Origin: an uncultured Thermoprotei archaeon
GTDB taxonomy: Archaea; Thermoproteota; Thermoprotei; Thermofilales; B15-G2
Assembly: GCA_965367815.1 (NCBI GenBank)
Contig: CBDUKN010000001.1
Span: 1 to 64,000, forward strand
Length of the DNA stretch: 64,000 nt
Reading direction: 5' to 3'
In this document: piece by piece, positions 49,416 to 60,704 of the stretch
Layout: every line of letters starts with the position of its first letter
Numbering within the stretch: position 1 is the stretch's first letter
Program-made: the position numbers and the translations under genes
The notes under the pieces: generated by a model
What the model saw: the letters and a program-made list of their open reading frames with translations, nothing else
Database searches by the model: none
What the model was told of the DNA's origin: nothing

Positions 49416-50663
49416 CTACTTTAGCTCGATACCTTTTGTCTCTGGGAATAGCCAGATGAGAGCCGAGGCGATGTAAGCTGAAAGTGCCGCCCCCCAACTC
49501 CAGTGGAGCGAGAGCCAAGCCACTAGCACTGGACTAATGAAGTTTATTCCCCTGCCAGTGTTGAAGATAAAACCGAGAGCAGTACTTCTAACTTTTGTCG
49601 GGAAGAGTTCTGAAAGAACAGCGCCGAATCCGCTCCAGAAACCAGTGAAGAATCCTAAAAAGAGTCCTGCGGCTAGCATTAGTAAGGGGTCTTTTATTAA
49701 GAGGACGTATGCTAGGATCATAGTGGCTTCAGAGGCAGTAAATATTGTCTATGTTATTCTTCTGCCGAGCTTGTCTTGCAAATATCCGTAGGAGATGTAT
49801 CCGAGCCAAGCTCCTACTTGAGTTACTATCAACCACTCGGCGCTCCTTACTACGGTAAATCCTCTTTCTTTAGCTAAAAACACTGGAACCCAGCTCCAGA
49901 ACATCCAGTAAGAAAACATGGCTAAGACGTCTATCGCTAAACCAATCAGTGTTCTGAAGACAAGCTTCCTTGAAAAGAGATAGAGCAGGCTTATTCTATG
50001 CTTTTCTTTATCTTTACTCTGTAGCCATAGCGTAGACTCAGGCACCTTAGATCGAACATATATGACTAACAGTACAGGAATACTTGCCGCAGCAAAAGCA
50101 GCTCTCCAGCCGAATATTGGGTATATGAGAATAGTGTCTGCGATAGCTATGAGTACTCCGAGGGGCCAACCAGACTGCACTAAGCCCACTGCGAAGCCTC
50201 TTTTTTCAGCTGGGACAATTTCTGCTACTAAAGTCATGCCAGTGCTCCATTCTGCTCCCAGCCCTAATCCTACAATAAAGCGGAAGAGTATTAGCTCGTA
50301 AAAGGTTCTTGAGAGAGCTATCCCTATAGTTGCAGCACCATAAATAAGCAGTGATGTCATTAGCACTTTAACTCTGCCGAATTTATCAGCGAGTATGCCA
50401 GATCCTATTCCTCCTATAACTGTTCCTATTAGTCCCACCGATATAGCTAGCCCAAAGGCTATTCTGTCGATATTGAGCGTGGTCATTACTGGTATAGCTA
50501 ACATGGAAAATAGCATGAAGTCGAAGGCCTCAAAAGCCCACCCTAACATTACTGCTACTATAGTATGTAGTGCCTCGCCTTTTAGACTAGTTTCCTCACC
50601 GTATATCTGTGTGTCTTCTTCTCCAGAGTATAATGCATCGCCCTTAAGGCTACTTGAAAACAT
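49416..50663 (-). pseudogene. MFS transporter (aromatic acid/sialate type) interrupted by one in-frame TAG
   Basis: ADKFGRV, GLGAEW, VPES, DKLGRRIT*TIFT, SELFPTKVRSTA, PETKG. TAG at 49749-49751 is in frame with the downstream segment. Confidence 0.85.
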
Positions 50664-50768
50664 GGAACTAGTTTAGCTAAAGAAGTATAAATTCTCATTT
50701 TAAAAGTACTGTGAAAAAGAAGTTTACTGTAAGTATGCTTAAAGTATACTTTTGCCAAAAAATAGCTT

Positions 50769-52043
50769 TTACTTCTCAATTATTTGGAATATTCTTTTGA
50801 GTAACATCCAGCCATGGTCAATTAGCCCTAAACTTCCTTTGCAGAAACATTCTTTCTCTGAAAACAGAGATAATCCATCAGGAGTTATGTTAGGAGAGTA
50901 CACTATAAATGGTACTGGGTCGTCTGTATGTGCTTTTACGCTATAGGGAGTAGCGTGGTCTGAAGTTACTAGAATGGCTACTTTACTCAAGTCTATCTTC
51001 TCTATGAGAGGCTTAATGAAGCACTCGTCAATTAGTTCTATGGATTCTACTTTTCTCTCGAATTCTCCGTCATGTCCAGGTTCATCGGGTCCCTTGAGGT
51101 GTACATAGACTACATCATTTTCTCTCAGCAGGATTAGAGTTTTATCTAGCATGATGCTGTATTCTTTCCTCTTGTCCGGTAAGAGGTCTACTTCAGCTAC
51201 GCTCATTTGAGTTAGTCTTGCTATTCCTTTCTCTACAGGCATCTCAGCTATAGCGGAGAACTTTTTCCCTGAATATAGCTCAGAGATTGGAGGTACTTTA
51301 GGCAGCTTGTTTCCGGCGTCGCGAAGTAGTATCATGTTTGCGGGAAGAAGCCCTCTCTTTTTTCTCTCTATGTTTACTCTGTGATCTTTGAGCGCTTCAA
51401 ATACTTTCTTCGTGAAGATATTTGCTAGCTCAGCAGTTCTTTTGGCTTCAGGACTGTCGTCTAGTGGAGCACAGGGAGCAACTACTGGCTCATAGCTCTT
51501 GACGGCAACTGAAATAGGACCTTCTTTCCTATATGCAGGGTCGGTGTTACTCACGTTTCCAGAGAGCTTATATTTGTCGCTTCCTATGACAACGACTGCC
51601 CTATGACCCACCGTAGCTACGACTTTAGCGTATGCATCGTATTTTCCCAAGTTGATGTATTCTACCGACTTAGCCAGTTCCTTTGCTTCTTCTGATGTTA
51701 AAGTTCGTCCGCATCTTCTATTAATAATTCTTCTGCCGCTGTCATCAACTGTAGCAAAATTAGCCCTAAAAGCCACTTCGTACTCCTCCCTAATTCTTAT
51801 GCCCGCTCCTAGAGCCTCAATGGGTCCTCTTCCTGTATACTGCTTGTGCGGGTCGTAGCCTAGAATAGAAAGCACAGCTGCGTCGCTTTCAGGGGCTATT
51901 CCTCTAGCTATGGTGAAAACCATGCCTCCTTTCGATTTCTTGGCAAGAGAGTCTAGTGAAGGTTTTTTAGCTACTTCATAGGATGTAGGCTTGTCTACGA
52001 GTCTGTCAGCTGCCCCGTCCAATACTAGATATAGTAGTTTCAT
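50769..52043 (-). CDS. apgM: 2,3-bisphosphoglycerate-independent phosphoglycerate mutase (archaeal)
   Basis: LDGAAD, PESD, GRGPIEA, HLKGPDEPGHDG, TSDHATP, HTDDPVP. Confidence 0.93.
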   Translation of the reverse strand: MKLLYLVLDGAADRLVDKPTSYEVAKKPSLDSLAKKSKGGMVFTIARGIAPESDAAVLSILGYDPHKQYTGRGPIEALGAGIRIREEYEVAFRANFATVDDSGRRIINRRCGRTLTSEEAKELAKSVEYINLGKYDAYAKVVATVGHRAVVVIGSDKYKLSGNVSNTDPAYRKEGPISVAVKSYEPVVAPCAPLDDSPEAKRTAELANIFTKKVFEALKDHRVNIERKKRGLLPANMILLRDAGNKLPKVPPISELYSGKKFSAIAEMPVEKGIARLTQMSVAEVDLLPDKRKEYSIMLDKTLILLRENDVVYVHLKGPDEPGHDGEFERKVESIELIDECFIKPLIEKIDLSKVAILVTSDHATPYSVKAHTDDPVPFIVYSPNITPDGLSLFSEKECFCKGSLGLIDHGWMLLKRIFQIIEK

Positions 52044-52180
52044 TGAGAAGAAAATAGGGAATTAGTAATTAAACTTAGTGTTTTCGATAAGGCATGTTTT
52101 AGACGGTTTACCCTAGTCCTATTGAAAGGTATTGTTTATTAAGCGGTATTTTTCTAAAAAATGGAGTAAGGTGGACTTAA

Positions 52181-53983
52181 ATGAGTGTTGAACGCCGAGG
52201 AGTCATAAGAAAGGTTAGCGGGCCTGTAGTTGTTGCTGAAGGTATTCCCGATATCAAGTTAGGAGAAGTAGTCGATGTTGGTAGAGAAAGACTTATCGGT
52301 GAAGTCGTTAGAATTTCTGAAAACTTCTTCACAATACAAGTCTACGAGTCCACCAGTGGAATTAAGCCTGGAGAGCCAGTTTATGCCACCGGTAAGTTAC
52401 TTGTAGCCGAGCTTGGCCCTGGCTTAATGAGCACTATTTTCGATGGAGTCCAGAGACCCTTAGAGGAAATACTCAGAAGGGCTGGAAGCTTTATCAAAAG
52501 AGGAATAAAGGTAAATGCGCTTCCAAGAAATAAAAAGTGGTATTTCAAGCCTACTGTCTCTAAGGGAGAGAAAGTGGAAGGAGGAGATGTTCTAGGTATA
52601 GTAAAGGAAACACCGTTAATAGAGCACAAAGTAATGGTTCCTCCAGGTATTAGTGGAGAAGTAACGAAAATTGAGGAAGGAGAATTTACTATAGAAGAGC
52701 CTGTAGCGGTGCTTGAGAAAAACGGCAGAGAAATAGAAGTTAAAATGTATCACGAGTGGCCTGTGAGAGTTCCTAGACCCTATAAGAGGAGATTGCCTTT
52801 AATAGTGCCACTCGTTACAGGCCAAAGAGTACTAGACACGTTCTTCCCAATAGCTAAAGGTGGCGCAGCTTGTATACCAGGAGGCTTCGGCACCGGAAAA
52901 ACTGTCACTTTACATAAAGTAAGCATGTATAGTGACGCTGATATAGTTGTCTACATTGGATGTGGAGAAAGAGGTAATGAGATGTGTGAGCTGTTAACAG
53001 AGTTTCCGAAGCTAATAGACCATAGAAGCAAGCGTCCGCTAATCGAAAAGAGTATAATGATAGCCAATACATCTAACATGCCTGTCTCGGCCCGTGAGGC
53101 GAGCATCTACATGGGAGTAACTATGGCTGAGTACTACAGAGACATGGGCTACGACGTCGCCTTAATAGCCGACTCTACTTCCAGATGGGCTGAAGCTCTC
53201 AGAGAGATATCGGGTAGACTTGGAGAAATGCCTGTAGAAAGAGGATTTCCTGCCTACCTGCCTGACAGAATAGCCGAATTCTATGAGCGAGCCGGCCGAG
53301 TAGAGTGCTTAGGCAGACCAGATAGAGTAGGCTCGCTTACAATAATGGGTGCAGTTTCTCCTCCAGGCGGCGACTTCAATGAGCCTGTTACAATACATAC
53401 TCTGAGGTTCGTTGGAGCAATGTGGGCTCTGTCGACAGATCTAGCTTACAGAAGACACTTCCCTGCAGTAGACTGGCTCAAGAGCTTCAGTCAGTACGCT
53501 GATATAGTTGAAGAGTGGTGGAGAAAAGAAGTAGCAGAAGACTTCGCGCAATACAGACGCAGAGCGCTTAACCTGCTCACAGTGGCTTCTGAAATAGAAG
53601 CTATAGCCTCTATAGTCGGTGAAGGAGCCTTACCAGACGACCAGAGGCTAATTCTCCTCGCAGCAGAAATAATTAGGGAAGGTTTCCTTGTACAGACAGC
53701 GCTCGAAGGAGTAGACGTCAGGTGCTCGCCGGTAAAACAGTACTGGATGCTGAAAATGATGATGGATTTCTATGATAAAGCCTATGTATTGATCAAGAAC
53801 AGAGTACCTATCGACGAAATAGCCGAGCTGCCCGAAGTCTTCGAGATGATGAGAGTCAAAGATGATGAAAGAGATCTAGAGGCAGTAAAAGACCTCTACG
53901 AAAGAGTTATGAAGGCTCTAGAAAATATTGCTAAGAAGTATAATATTTCACTAGAAGCTTTCAAAGAGGTGGGTTTAAGGTGA
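52181..53983 (+). CDS. atpA: A/V-type ATP synthase subunit A
   Basis: [51 protein letters not shown]; no intein. Confidence 0.97.
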   Translation: MSVERRGVIRKVSGPVVVAEGIPDIKLGEVVDVGRERLIGEVVRISENFFTIQVYESTSGIKPGEPVYATGKLLVAELGPGLMSTIFDGVQRPLEEILRRAGSFIKRGIKVNALPRNKKWYFKPTVSKGEKVEGGDVLGIVKETPLIEHKVMVPPGISGEVTKIEEGEFTIEEPVAVLEKNGREIEVKMYHEWPVRVPRPYKRRLPLIVPLVTGQRVLDTFFPIAKGGAACIPGGFGTGKTVTLHKVSMYSDADIVVYIGCGERGNEMCELLTEFPKLIDHRSKRPLIEKSIMIANTSNMPVSAREASIYMGVTMAEYYRDMGYDVALIADSTSRWAEALREISGRLGEMPVERGFPAYLPDRIAEFYERAGRVECLGRPDRVGSLTIMGAVSPPGGDFNEPVTIHTLRFVGAMWALSTDLAYRRHFPAVDWLKSFSQYADIVEEWWRKEVAEDFAQYRRRALNLLTVASEIEAIASIVGEGALPDDQRLILLAAEIIREGFLVQTALEGVDVRCSPVKQYWMLKMMMDFYDKAYVLIKNRVPIDEIAELPEVFEMMRVKDDERDLEAVKDLYERVMKALENIAKKYNISLEAFKEVGLR

Positions 53984-55389
53984 GTGAGGAGTTTAGGTAT
54001 ATTAAAGAATATCAAGGTAAGTGGTATAAAGGAGCACGAGAGATCAGAGGCTCATTGATGTTTGTAGAAAAAGTGGGAAATGTAGGATACGATGAAGAAG
54101 TTAAAATAATAGGAACAGATGGCAGAGAAAGAGTAGGAAGGGTTCTTGAAACCAGTCAAGACGAAGTAGTAATCCAGATACTAGGCGATAGGGCTGGTCT
54201 GACAACAGACTGTCTTATTCACTTCACAGGAACTACGTTCAAAATAAGGGTTTCTGAAGAAGTTCTTGGAAGGATGTTTAATGGACGCTTTGAGCCAATA
54301 GACGGCTTGCCTCCAGTAATGTTTGGTGAGAAAAGAGAGATAACAGGAGAGCCGATAAACCCTGTCGCAAGAGAGTATCCACATGATTTTATTCAGACAG
54401 GAATATCTGCCATAGACGGAAGCCTAAGTCTCGTAAGAGGACAAAAGCTGCCAATATTCAGTGTATCTGGTCTTCCTCACAATATGCTTGCAGCACAAAT
54501 AGCTAGACAGGCTACTGTAAGAGGAAAAGAGGAAGAATTCGCAGTAGTCTTCGCGGGAATCGGTCTAAGAAGCGCTGAAGCAGAGTTCTTCGTAAAAGAG
54601 TTCACAGAATCCGGCGCCATCGAGAGATCAGTAGTAATCCTAAATCTGGCAGAAGATCCTGCAGTAGAAAGACTCATGACTCCAAGAATAGCTCTTACAG
54701 TAGCCGAGTACCTTGCTTTCGAGTTAGAAATGCATGTACTAGTCATATTGACTGATATGACAAACTACTGTGAAGCTCTACGCGAAATGAGCGCAGCAAG
54801 AGGAGAAATTCCAGGCAGAATGGGCTACCCAGGATACATGTATTCTGACCTAGCCACAATATACGAGAGAGCAGGAATAATTAAAGGCAAGAAAGGCAGC
54901 ATAACGTTGCTCCCGATTCTTACAATGCCCGGCGGAGATTTAAGACATCCAATACCAGACCTTACAGGATATATTACTGAGGGACAGATAATACTTAGCC
55001 AGGAGCTTCATGCTCGCGGAATATATCCACCTATAAACGTTCTGCCGAGCCTAAGCAGATTAATGAAAGCTGGCATAGGTCCTGACAAAACAAGAGAAGA
55101 CCACAAGTATGTTGCAGAGCAGCTCTACGATGCTTATTCCAGAGGAGTAAAAGCAAGAGATTTGGCAAGAATCGTAGGAGAAGTTGGACTAAGCCCGAGA
55201 ATGAGAAGATTCCTCAAATTTGCTGATGAGTTCGAAAACAGGTACGTTAAACAAGGAGTAAGAGAAAATAGAAGTATTGAAGAGACCTTAGATATCGCCT
55301 GGGAAGTCCTATCACTACTACCCGAAGAAGAGCTAGTAAGAATACCGAAACACATCATATCAAAGTACCATCCTGCACATAGTGGATAG
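53980..55389 (+). CDS. atpB: A/V-type ATP synthase subunit B
   Basis: [46 protein letters not shown]. Confidence 0.97.
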   Translation: MSEEFRYIKEYQGKWYKGAREIRGSLMFVEKVGNVGYDEEVKIIGTDGRERVGRVLETSQDEVVIQILGDRAGLTTDCLIHFTGTTFKIRVSEEVLGRMFNGRFEPIDGLPPVMFGEKREITGEPINPVAREYPHDFIQTGISAIDGSLSLVRGQKLPIFSVSGLPHNMLAAQIARQATVRGKEEEFAVVFAGIGLRSAEAEFFVKEFTESGAIERSVVILNLAEDPAVERLMTPRIALTVAEYLAFELEMHVLVILTDMTNYCEALREMSAARGEIPGRMGYPGYMYSDLATIYERAGIIKGKKGSITLLPILTMPGGDLRHPIPDLTGYITEGQIILSQELHARGIYPPINVLPSLSRLMKAGIGPDKTREDHKYVAEQLYDAYSRGVKARDLARIVGEVGLSPRMRRFLKFADEFENRYVKQGVRENRSIEETLDIAWEVLSLLPEEELVRIPKHIISKYHPAHSG

Positions 55390-55391
55390 CC

Positions 55392-56000
55392 ATGAGTACT
55401 ACTTCTTTAAGATACTTACCTGCATCAAGGGGAACGCTCCTTAGACTGCGCCAGCAGCTAGAGCTAGCGAGAAGAGGGAAAAGTGTTCTCGAGATGAGGA
55501 GAGATCAGCTCATTAAGGAGATATTTGCTATGCTAGATAAGCTGAAGATGAGAGCTAAAGTAGAGGAAAAGTACATTAAGGCCTTAGAGGAAGTTAATCA
55601 TCTCAGGTTAAACAGAAGAGAACCCGAGTTTTCTTCGATAGCTTCGCTTGTGAAGCCTCCAATTATAGACGCGCTTATGGTCAGCGTGCAGGGCGTACCT
55701 GTACCTCAGGTGAGAATATTAAAAGAACCTGATTTTTCTCAAGTAAGGGATCCTGAGTACCGTTCAGCGCTTGTAGCGCTATGGGAAGCTATTAAAAATC
55801 TTATTGAGATAACAAATATAGAGATGGCTGTAGAAAGGCTCTGTGCCCAATTAAGCTACATTAATAGAGTAGTAAATAGTCTTGAAGAAAACTTCATACC
55901 TACTCTAGAAGAAACTATAAGGTACATTGAGGAAAAAATTGAAGAAGAAATGCTCGAAGAATTTGTTAGACTAAAGAGGTATAGTAGGGTGGGAGTATAG
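55392..56000 (+). CDS. atpD: A/V-type ATP synthase subunit D
   Basis: LARRGKSVLEMRRDQL, RVVNSLE..IP, EEFVRLK. Confidence 0.9.
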   Translation: MSTTSLRYLPASRGTLLRLRQQLELARRGKSVLEMRRDQLIKEIFAMLDKLKMRAKVEEKYIKALEEVNHLRLNRREPEFSSIASLVKPPIIDALMVSVQGVPVPQVRILKEPDFSQVRDPEYRSALVALWEAIKNLIEITNIEMAVERLCAQLSYINRVVNSLEENFIPTLEETIRYIEEKIEEEMLEEFVRLKRYSRVGV

Positions 56001-56938
56001 AGGATTATTTAGCTATTCGGGCTCATGGCCTTAAATTGCATCTTCTTAGAGAAAGAGACTACGAAGACCTAGCTTATGGTAGAAGAAGCTTAAGAGATAT
56101 AGGTTACTTGGAAGCTCCAGAGGAACAGTATGAAATAAGCGAAATTTTAGGTAAAATTGCCTTAAAGTATATTGAACGCATAAATTTCTTGTCAAAAATA
56201 CCTAGTATATACTCTACTTTCTTTAAAGCCTTCTTAGAGGAACTTGAAGTGGAGAACATTAAGGCTAAAATAAGATTCATTTACGGCGAAGAAAAGGAAA
56301 TAGAATTCTTTTACCCATACTACAATTTCGTATCGGCTGAGAAGTTAACTAAAGTTAAATCTCTAAAGGAAATAGAGAATCTTCTCAAGAAAACTCCTCT
56401 TCAATTGCCCTTAACCAAAATAAGCAGACACGGGCTTGATGCTGTTCTCATGTCTCTTGAGTCAAAGTACTTCTCATATTTAAGAAAAGAAATTAAAGCG
56501 AATTTTCTAAAGAAAATGAAGATAGTAGATTTAATAGACTATGAAGGTCTATCAAGACTACTCTATTGGCTAATGATACTCGGCGAGAATGCTGTTAAAA
56601 ACCTTGACAAACTATTTATTCAAGGCTTCTATTCAAAAGATGTAACTTACTTTCTCTCACTAGAGCGTTTATCTAAAAAACTCGGACTAAAGTATGAAGA
56701 AGTAGTCGAGTGCAAAAAATCTGGAAGAATATCAAAAGTGCTAGCTAGCTTAGATAAGATGCTTTTAGCCAGAGCCAGAACAAAAGCTCTATTTAACCCG
56801 ATATCGATACTCTATGTCTACTACTATATGCTGCTCTGTAGAAACGAGCGTAAAAATCTCGAAAAAATAGTTATTGGCCGCGAGCTTAAGCTTCCGCCAC
56901 AGATAGTACTATCTTCGCTTACCCTGTTTTCGCTTTAG
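55997..56938 (+). CDS. atpC: A/V-type ATP synthase subunit C (divergent)
   Basis: YLAIRAHGLKLHLL N-terminus, EVENIK, C-terminal YYYM..NERKNLEKI..G. Probable ATA start at 55997 (ORF track start 56036). Confidence 0.75.
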   Translation: MEDYLAIRAHGLKLHLLRERDYEDLAYGRRSLRDIGYLEAPEEQYEISEILGKIALKYIERINFLSKIPSIYSTFFKAFLEELEVENIKAKIRFIYGEEKEIEFFYPYYNFVSAEKLTKVKSLKEIENLLKKTPLQLPLTKISRHGLDAVLMSLESKYFSYLRKEIKANFLKKMKIVDLIDYEGLSRLLYWLMILGENAVKNLDKLFIQGFYSKDVTYFLSLERLSKKLGLKYEEVVECKKSGRISKVLASLDKMLLARARTKALFNPISILYVYYYMLLCRNERKNLEKIVIGRELKLPPQIVLSSLTLFSL

Positions 56939-57303
56939 ATTTTTCCTAGTATCATTATAGCTACTAGTAGCCCGTATATCGCTATACCCTCGGCTAGACC
57001 TCCTAGAATCAAAATGTATGTTTTTAGTTCAGGACGTTCAGCTGAAGCAGCGAAACCGGCTTTAGCTACAGCTGCTAAAGCTATTCCTGAGGCTAAACAG
57101 CTCATCGAGACAGCTACTGCCGCTGCAAGGAAGGGGAATGTTTCGGCTGTAATTATTGCTGACTTAGCAGTAGTCTTTACTGGCGCTGGAGGAGGGGTTT
57201 TGCTCGCATACGCGTGAAGGGTTACTACTGCTAGTGTTGCTATTAGGTTTATGATGATTAGTAGCTTGACTACTGTTTTCTCGGAAATTTTCATATCAAT
57301 CAC
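56935..57303 (-). CDS. atpK: A/V-type ATP synthase proteolipid (subunit K/c)
   Basis: AERPE, GLAEGIAIYGLL; single hairpin plus a signal-like N-terminus. Confidence 0.93.
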   Translation of the reverse strand: MIDMKISEKTVVKLLIIINLIATLAVVTLHAYASKTPPPAPVKTTAKSAIITAETFPFLAAAVAVSMSCLASGIALAAVAKAGFAASAERPELKTYILILGGLAEGIAIYGLLVAIMILGKI

Positions 57304-57437
57304 GCAGAAGACTAGCTCTTTTCATTTATAAACATTGCCTTGTAGTTCTAAACATCTAGTCAAGAGGAAATAATACTAGAGTAATAAAAGAGAAAAGAAT
57401 TATTTAACTAACGGAAATTGCCTTAAGAAAACTATAG

Positions 57438-59954
57438 TTACTTAGTTTTAATTTCAGGTGCTATTTCTAGTGGCTCGTAGAGCATACCTCCTCCTTCAAA
57501 GAATTTCGTTGAGAATTCATAGTATACTAGTCTTAGTGCTTGTATTCCCACAGCGAAGCCTTCTATTCCCAATACTATTACGTTTGCGAAGAGAAAGCTT
57601 GCAAGCGGGTTTATCATATGCGCCATTGTTTCTGCTAGTACTCCGAATATTTCGTGTGCTATAGCAAAGGCAGCTAACCTAATATAAGATAGAGAGTTAG
57701 CTGGATAAGCTATAATCATTTCCATTAGCTCTACTATACTATGCATTAAACCTTCTTCTTTCTTTTCAATTATCTTCTCTAAGAAACCTGAAGCAAGTAC
57801 TAGGAATATTGATAGCACTGCTACAATTGTTGCTGGCAGAACTTCGGGCAGCAGAGCTGCTGATAAATCGAATCCATGTTCAATTATATTGTAGGCTATA
57901 TATACTCCAGCCGAGTAGTACATTATCCCAGCGACTCCTGTTCCTCCAAGTAAAGCGCCAATATAGTCATGTGATAGAATCTTATTTACTACACTCAAGG
58001 CCATTGCTAGCAAAAGCTGTATTACTCCGAATATCAGCGCAGTAGCTATTATACCTTCTAGGTCGTGAATAGGGCTCAGAAAGATGGGCTCCCAGACCTC
58101 CTTTAAGAATGCTACTCCGTAAAGAACTCCAAAGAATACTGCTGACAGACCGCAAAACATCATTAAAACCCCTAGAACCGCTACTTGCTCCTTATTCATA
58201 CCTAGGACTTCTTTACGTGTAATGTAAAGATAGGCTCCAAGACCAGCTATTATTGCTCCTAAGCCTACGTCGCCGAACATCAGTCCATACATTAGCGTGA
58301 AAAGTATAGTAAAGAAGAGCGTTGGGTCTATCTCCCAGTAACTCGGTATTCCTCTAGCCAAGGTTAGTGCAGCGAAGTACTTTAATGGACCTTTATGTCT
58401 CAAGTATACTGGAGGCTTGTCTTCAACGCGAGGTTTTCTTGTCTTTAAGTAAATTATTCGAGGAACTCTGCTTTTAATAGTAGTTTCGAGCATAGAGGCA
58501 TATTTCTTTGGGATCCAGCCGATTGCATAGATAACTCTTTTTTGTCTAAATATTCTAAGCTCACCTACGAGGCTTTCTGCCTTAATACAGGCTTCTAGGA
58601 AGGATTCTCTCGAAATCAATTCTTCTGCTAGCTCAGTGAAGTTTGCTAAAACTTCTTTAGCTTCCACAATAATCTTTGGGAGATCCTTTTCTTCAACTAA
58701 CTTAGCAAAATCTACTTTTGATGAAATTTCGGCTAATTTCTTTAAACATTCTTCAGCTTCTTCGGTCACTTCACTTAACTCCATTAATTCTTCTCTAAGT
58801 GAGATTTTCTTCGCCGGAATTTCTCTTTTTTCAATAGCGGATATTTTTTGAGTAATTTTACCGTAATTTAAGGCCTCGGCTACTTCAAGGTATCTGTTGT
58901 CCACTTCTCTCTTAATAATCGTAGCTAATGAGAGAATTTTAAGAAGATCATAGCGATCTTTTAACCTTTCTTTAAGTTCCTCTTCTTTGAGCAGCTCTAC
59001 ATCGCCTATAAACTGGCTTAAGAAAATAGTACGTTCTTTTTCTTCGAGTGCTATAAGACCTTTTTCTATAATTTCTCTTACTTTGTCGACAGTACTTTGA
59101 GGGAAATTCAGTTTAGCAAGTAAGTCTATATTCTTACTAGAGGATAGTCTCATAACTAAATCCAAGGACATTACTGTTGTTAACAAGTTTCGGGCTGTGT
59201 TCAACTCTTCGTGGAGTCGGCGACATACATTATAGGCTTTTTCGAGAATTTCTAGTCTAGTGGCATATTCGAGTTCTATTGAAGACTTAATTAAACTCGC
59301 TATTTCTTTAAGTACATCGAAGGCCCTAGCCTTTATTTTCACTAGCTCTTTTTCAATATTTTCTAGGGCATTTTCAGAAGTAGTATAGCAGTACTCAGGT
59401 AACTTATATACGCTGAAGCCTTGCTTACTCAACTCGTTTTCAACTTCCTTTTCTAAGGCTCTCCTATAGGCTACAATGAGTAGAGTAGAAGTGTTTACCT
59501 TAACAGCATTAATTACGGCCTTAAGTTTTTTAAGAGATTCTATATCCTCTAGCTCTTTTTCACCTATGTAGAGTTTTAACACTACAGGTTTCTCTTTAAT
59601 AGAAAATACCCTGGGTTCTATTTTTAGAGTTTTCAGTACTTCTACTACTTTTTTCAAAAATAGTTTATCAGAGTACTCTTTGCACAACTTAGCTAACTCG
59701 ACTACGAGAGGATCGTCTCTAGGCAAGTATCTTCTTGCTTCTTCCAATGCTTTTTCTATGTTTATTTCATCTATGCTAACTCTTTTCTTAAGTATATCTG
59801 AGAAAAGCTTGGGCATTGATAGTTCGAGTCTATAGGCATGAGGGTCTAAGTGCACTGCTCCAACGCTTATTAAGGCATCGATAAGTTTATCTTTGTATTC
59901 TGATGGTACTAATACTCTGAAATGAACCATTTCCTCGGGTCTGATAACTGTCAT
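57438..59954 (-). CDS. atpI: A/V-type ATP synthase subunit I (a)
   Basis: RPEEM, GWIP, PPV, EIDPT, MFGDVG, SYIRLAAF..AH, QALRLVYYEF. Confidence 0.93.
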   Translation of the reverse strand: MTVIRPEEMVHFRVLVPSEYKDKLIDALISVGAVHLDPHAYRLELSMPKLFSDILKKRVSIDEINIEKALEEARRYLPRDDPLVVELAKLCKEYSDKLFLKKVVEVLKTLKIEPRVFSIKEKPVVLKLYIGEKELEDIESLKKLKAVINAVKVNTSTLLIVAYRRALEKEVENELSKQGFSVYKLPEYCYTTSENALENIEKELVKIKARAFDVLKEIASLIKSSIELEYATRLEILEKAYNVCRRLHEELNTARNLLTTVMSLDLVMRLSSSKNIDLLAKLNFPQSTVDKVREIIEKGLIALEEKERTIFLSQFIGDVELLKEEELKERLKDRYDLLKILSLATIIKREVDNRYLEVAEALNYGKITQKISAIEKREIPAKKISLREELMELSEVTEEAEECLKKLAEISSKVDFAKLVEEKDLPKIIVEAKEVLANFTELAEELISRESFLEACIKAESLVGELRIFRQKRVIYAIGWIPKKYASMLETTIKSRVPRIIYLKTRKPRVEDKPPVYLRHKGPLKYFAALTLARGIPSYWEIDPTLFFTILFTLMYGLMFGDVGLGAIIAGLGAYLYITRKEVLGMNKEQVAVLGVLMMFCGLSAVFFGVLYGVAFLKEVWEPIFLSPIHDLEGIIATALIFGVIQLLLAMALSVVNKILSHDYIGALLGGTGVAGIMYYSAGVYIAYNIIEHGFDLSAALLPEVLPATIVAVLSIFLVLASGFLEKIIEKKEEGLMHSIVELMEMIIAYPANSLSYIRLAAFAIAHEIFGVLAETMAHMINPLASFLFANVIVLGIEGFAVGIQALRLVYYEFSTKFFEGGGMLYEPLEIAPEIKTK

Positions 59955-60078
59955 TAATGATCACATTAAAGTAAAGAGGGAGCTTTATAAGTTTTAACTA
60001 TGTTCTCCTACATATAAAAGTCTCAGCTAATTACTAAAATTTAAATTTAGGTAGTTAATCCATTAAAGGGGATAAAAT

Positions 60079-60399
60079 TTGAATATTATCGCTGTCGGTA
60101 AAGGACATGCTGTTGAGAGCTTGAAGTTACTTGGCTTTGATGTATGTAAGGTTAGGGAGCTAAGTGAAGAAGAAGCCATGAAGGTATGTGAAAAAGCATT
60201 AGAAGCAAAAGCAATAGTTATAGAAGAAGAAGTATACAAAGCCTTTAAACATAAAATAAATCCCGTGACATCTGGGATGAAAAATCCTCCAGTGCTTATT
60301 GTGGTGCCAAGTATTGAAATCAGGGAGACTAGCAGATTAAAAGAACTTTATTCACTTTTATCGCAAGCTGTAGGGGTGAAGTTGAGATGGGTGAAGTAG
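60079..60399 (+). CDS. atpF: A/V-type ATP synthase subunit F
   Basis: IIAVG..LKLLG, PVLIVVP, AVGV. Confidence 0.8.
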   Translation: MNIIAVGKGHAVESLKLLGFDVCKVRELSEEEAMKVCEKALEAKAIVIEEEVYKAFKHKINPVTSGMKNPPVLIVVPSIEIRETSRLKELYSLLSQAVGVKLRWVK

Positions 60400-60698
60400 G
60401 CTTTATATCAATTCTAATTGAAGAAGAGAGAAAGGCTGAACTTATCATTGAAAACGCTAAAAAGAAAGCCGAGGAAATAATTGAAGAGGCTAAAAGAAAG
60501 GCTAAAGCATTAATAGAGGAAAGAACTAAAATAAACGAAGATGAAATAATAGAGAAAGAATTAAAGTATATTGAAAAGGAAGTAGAGGAACTAAAAAAGA
60601 AGCTAGATACTGATATAAGCAATCTACGTGAGCAAATAAATAAAAAGAAAGCTGATATAGTAAACATGCTTTTGCAACATATTCTTTTCTTAGGGTGA
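60387..60698 (+). CDS. A-type ATP synthase subunit H/G (peripheral stalk)
   Basis: KAEEIIEEA coiled-coil repeats; lies between atpF and atpE. Confidence 0.75.
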   Translation: MGEVGFISILIEEERKAELIIENAKKKAEEIIEEAKRKAKALIEERTKINEDEIIEKELKYIEKEVEELKKKLDTDISNLREQINKKKADIVNMLLQHILFLG

Positions 60699-60704
60699 AA
60701 AAAT

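Noticed and set aside
50560-50663. Short duplicated segment at the MFS N-terminus (SSLKGDALY / TSLKGEALH)
   Set aside because: Short and degenerate, in a probable pseudogene; no functional inference is possible.
52181-53983. Intein in ATP synthase subunit A
   Set aside because: 600 aa, continuous across the P-loop; no insertion.
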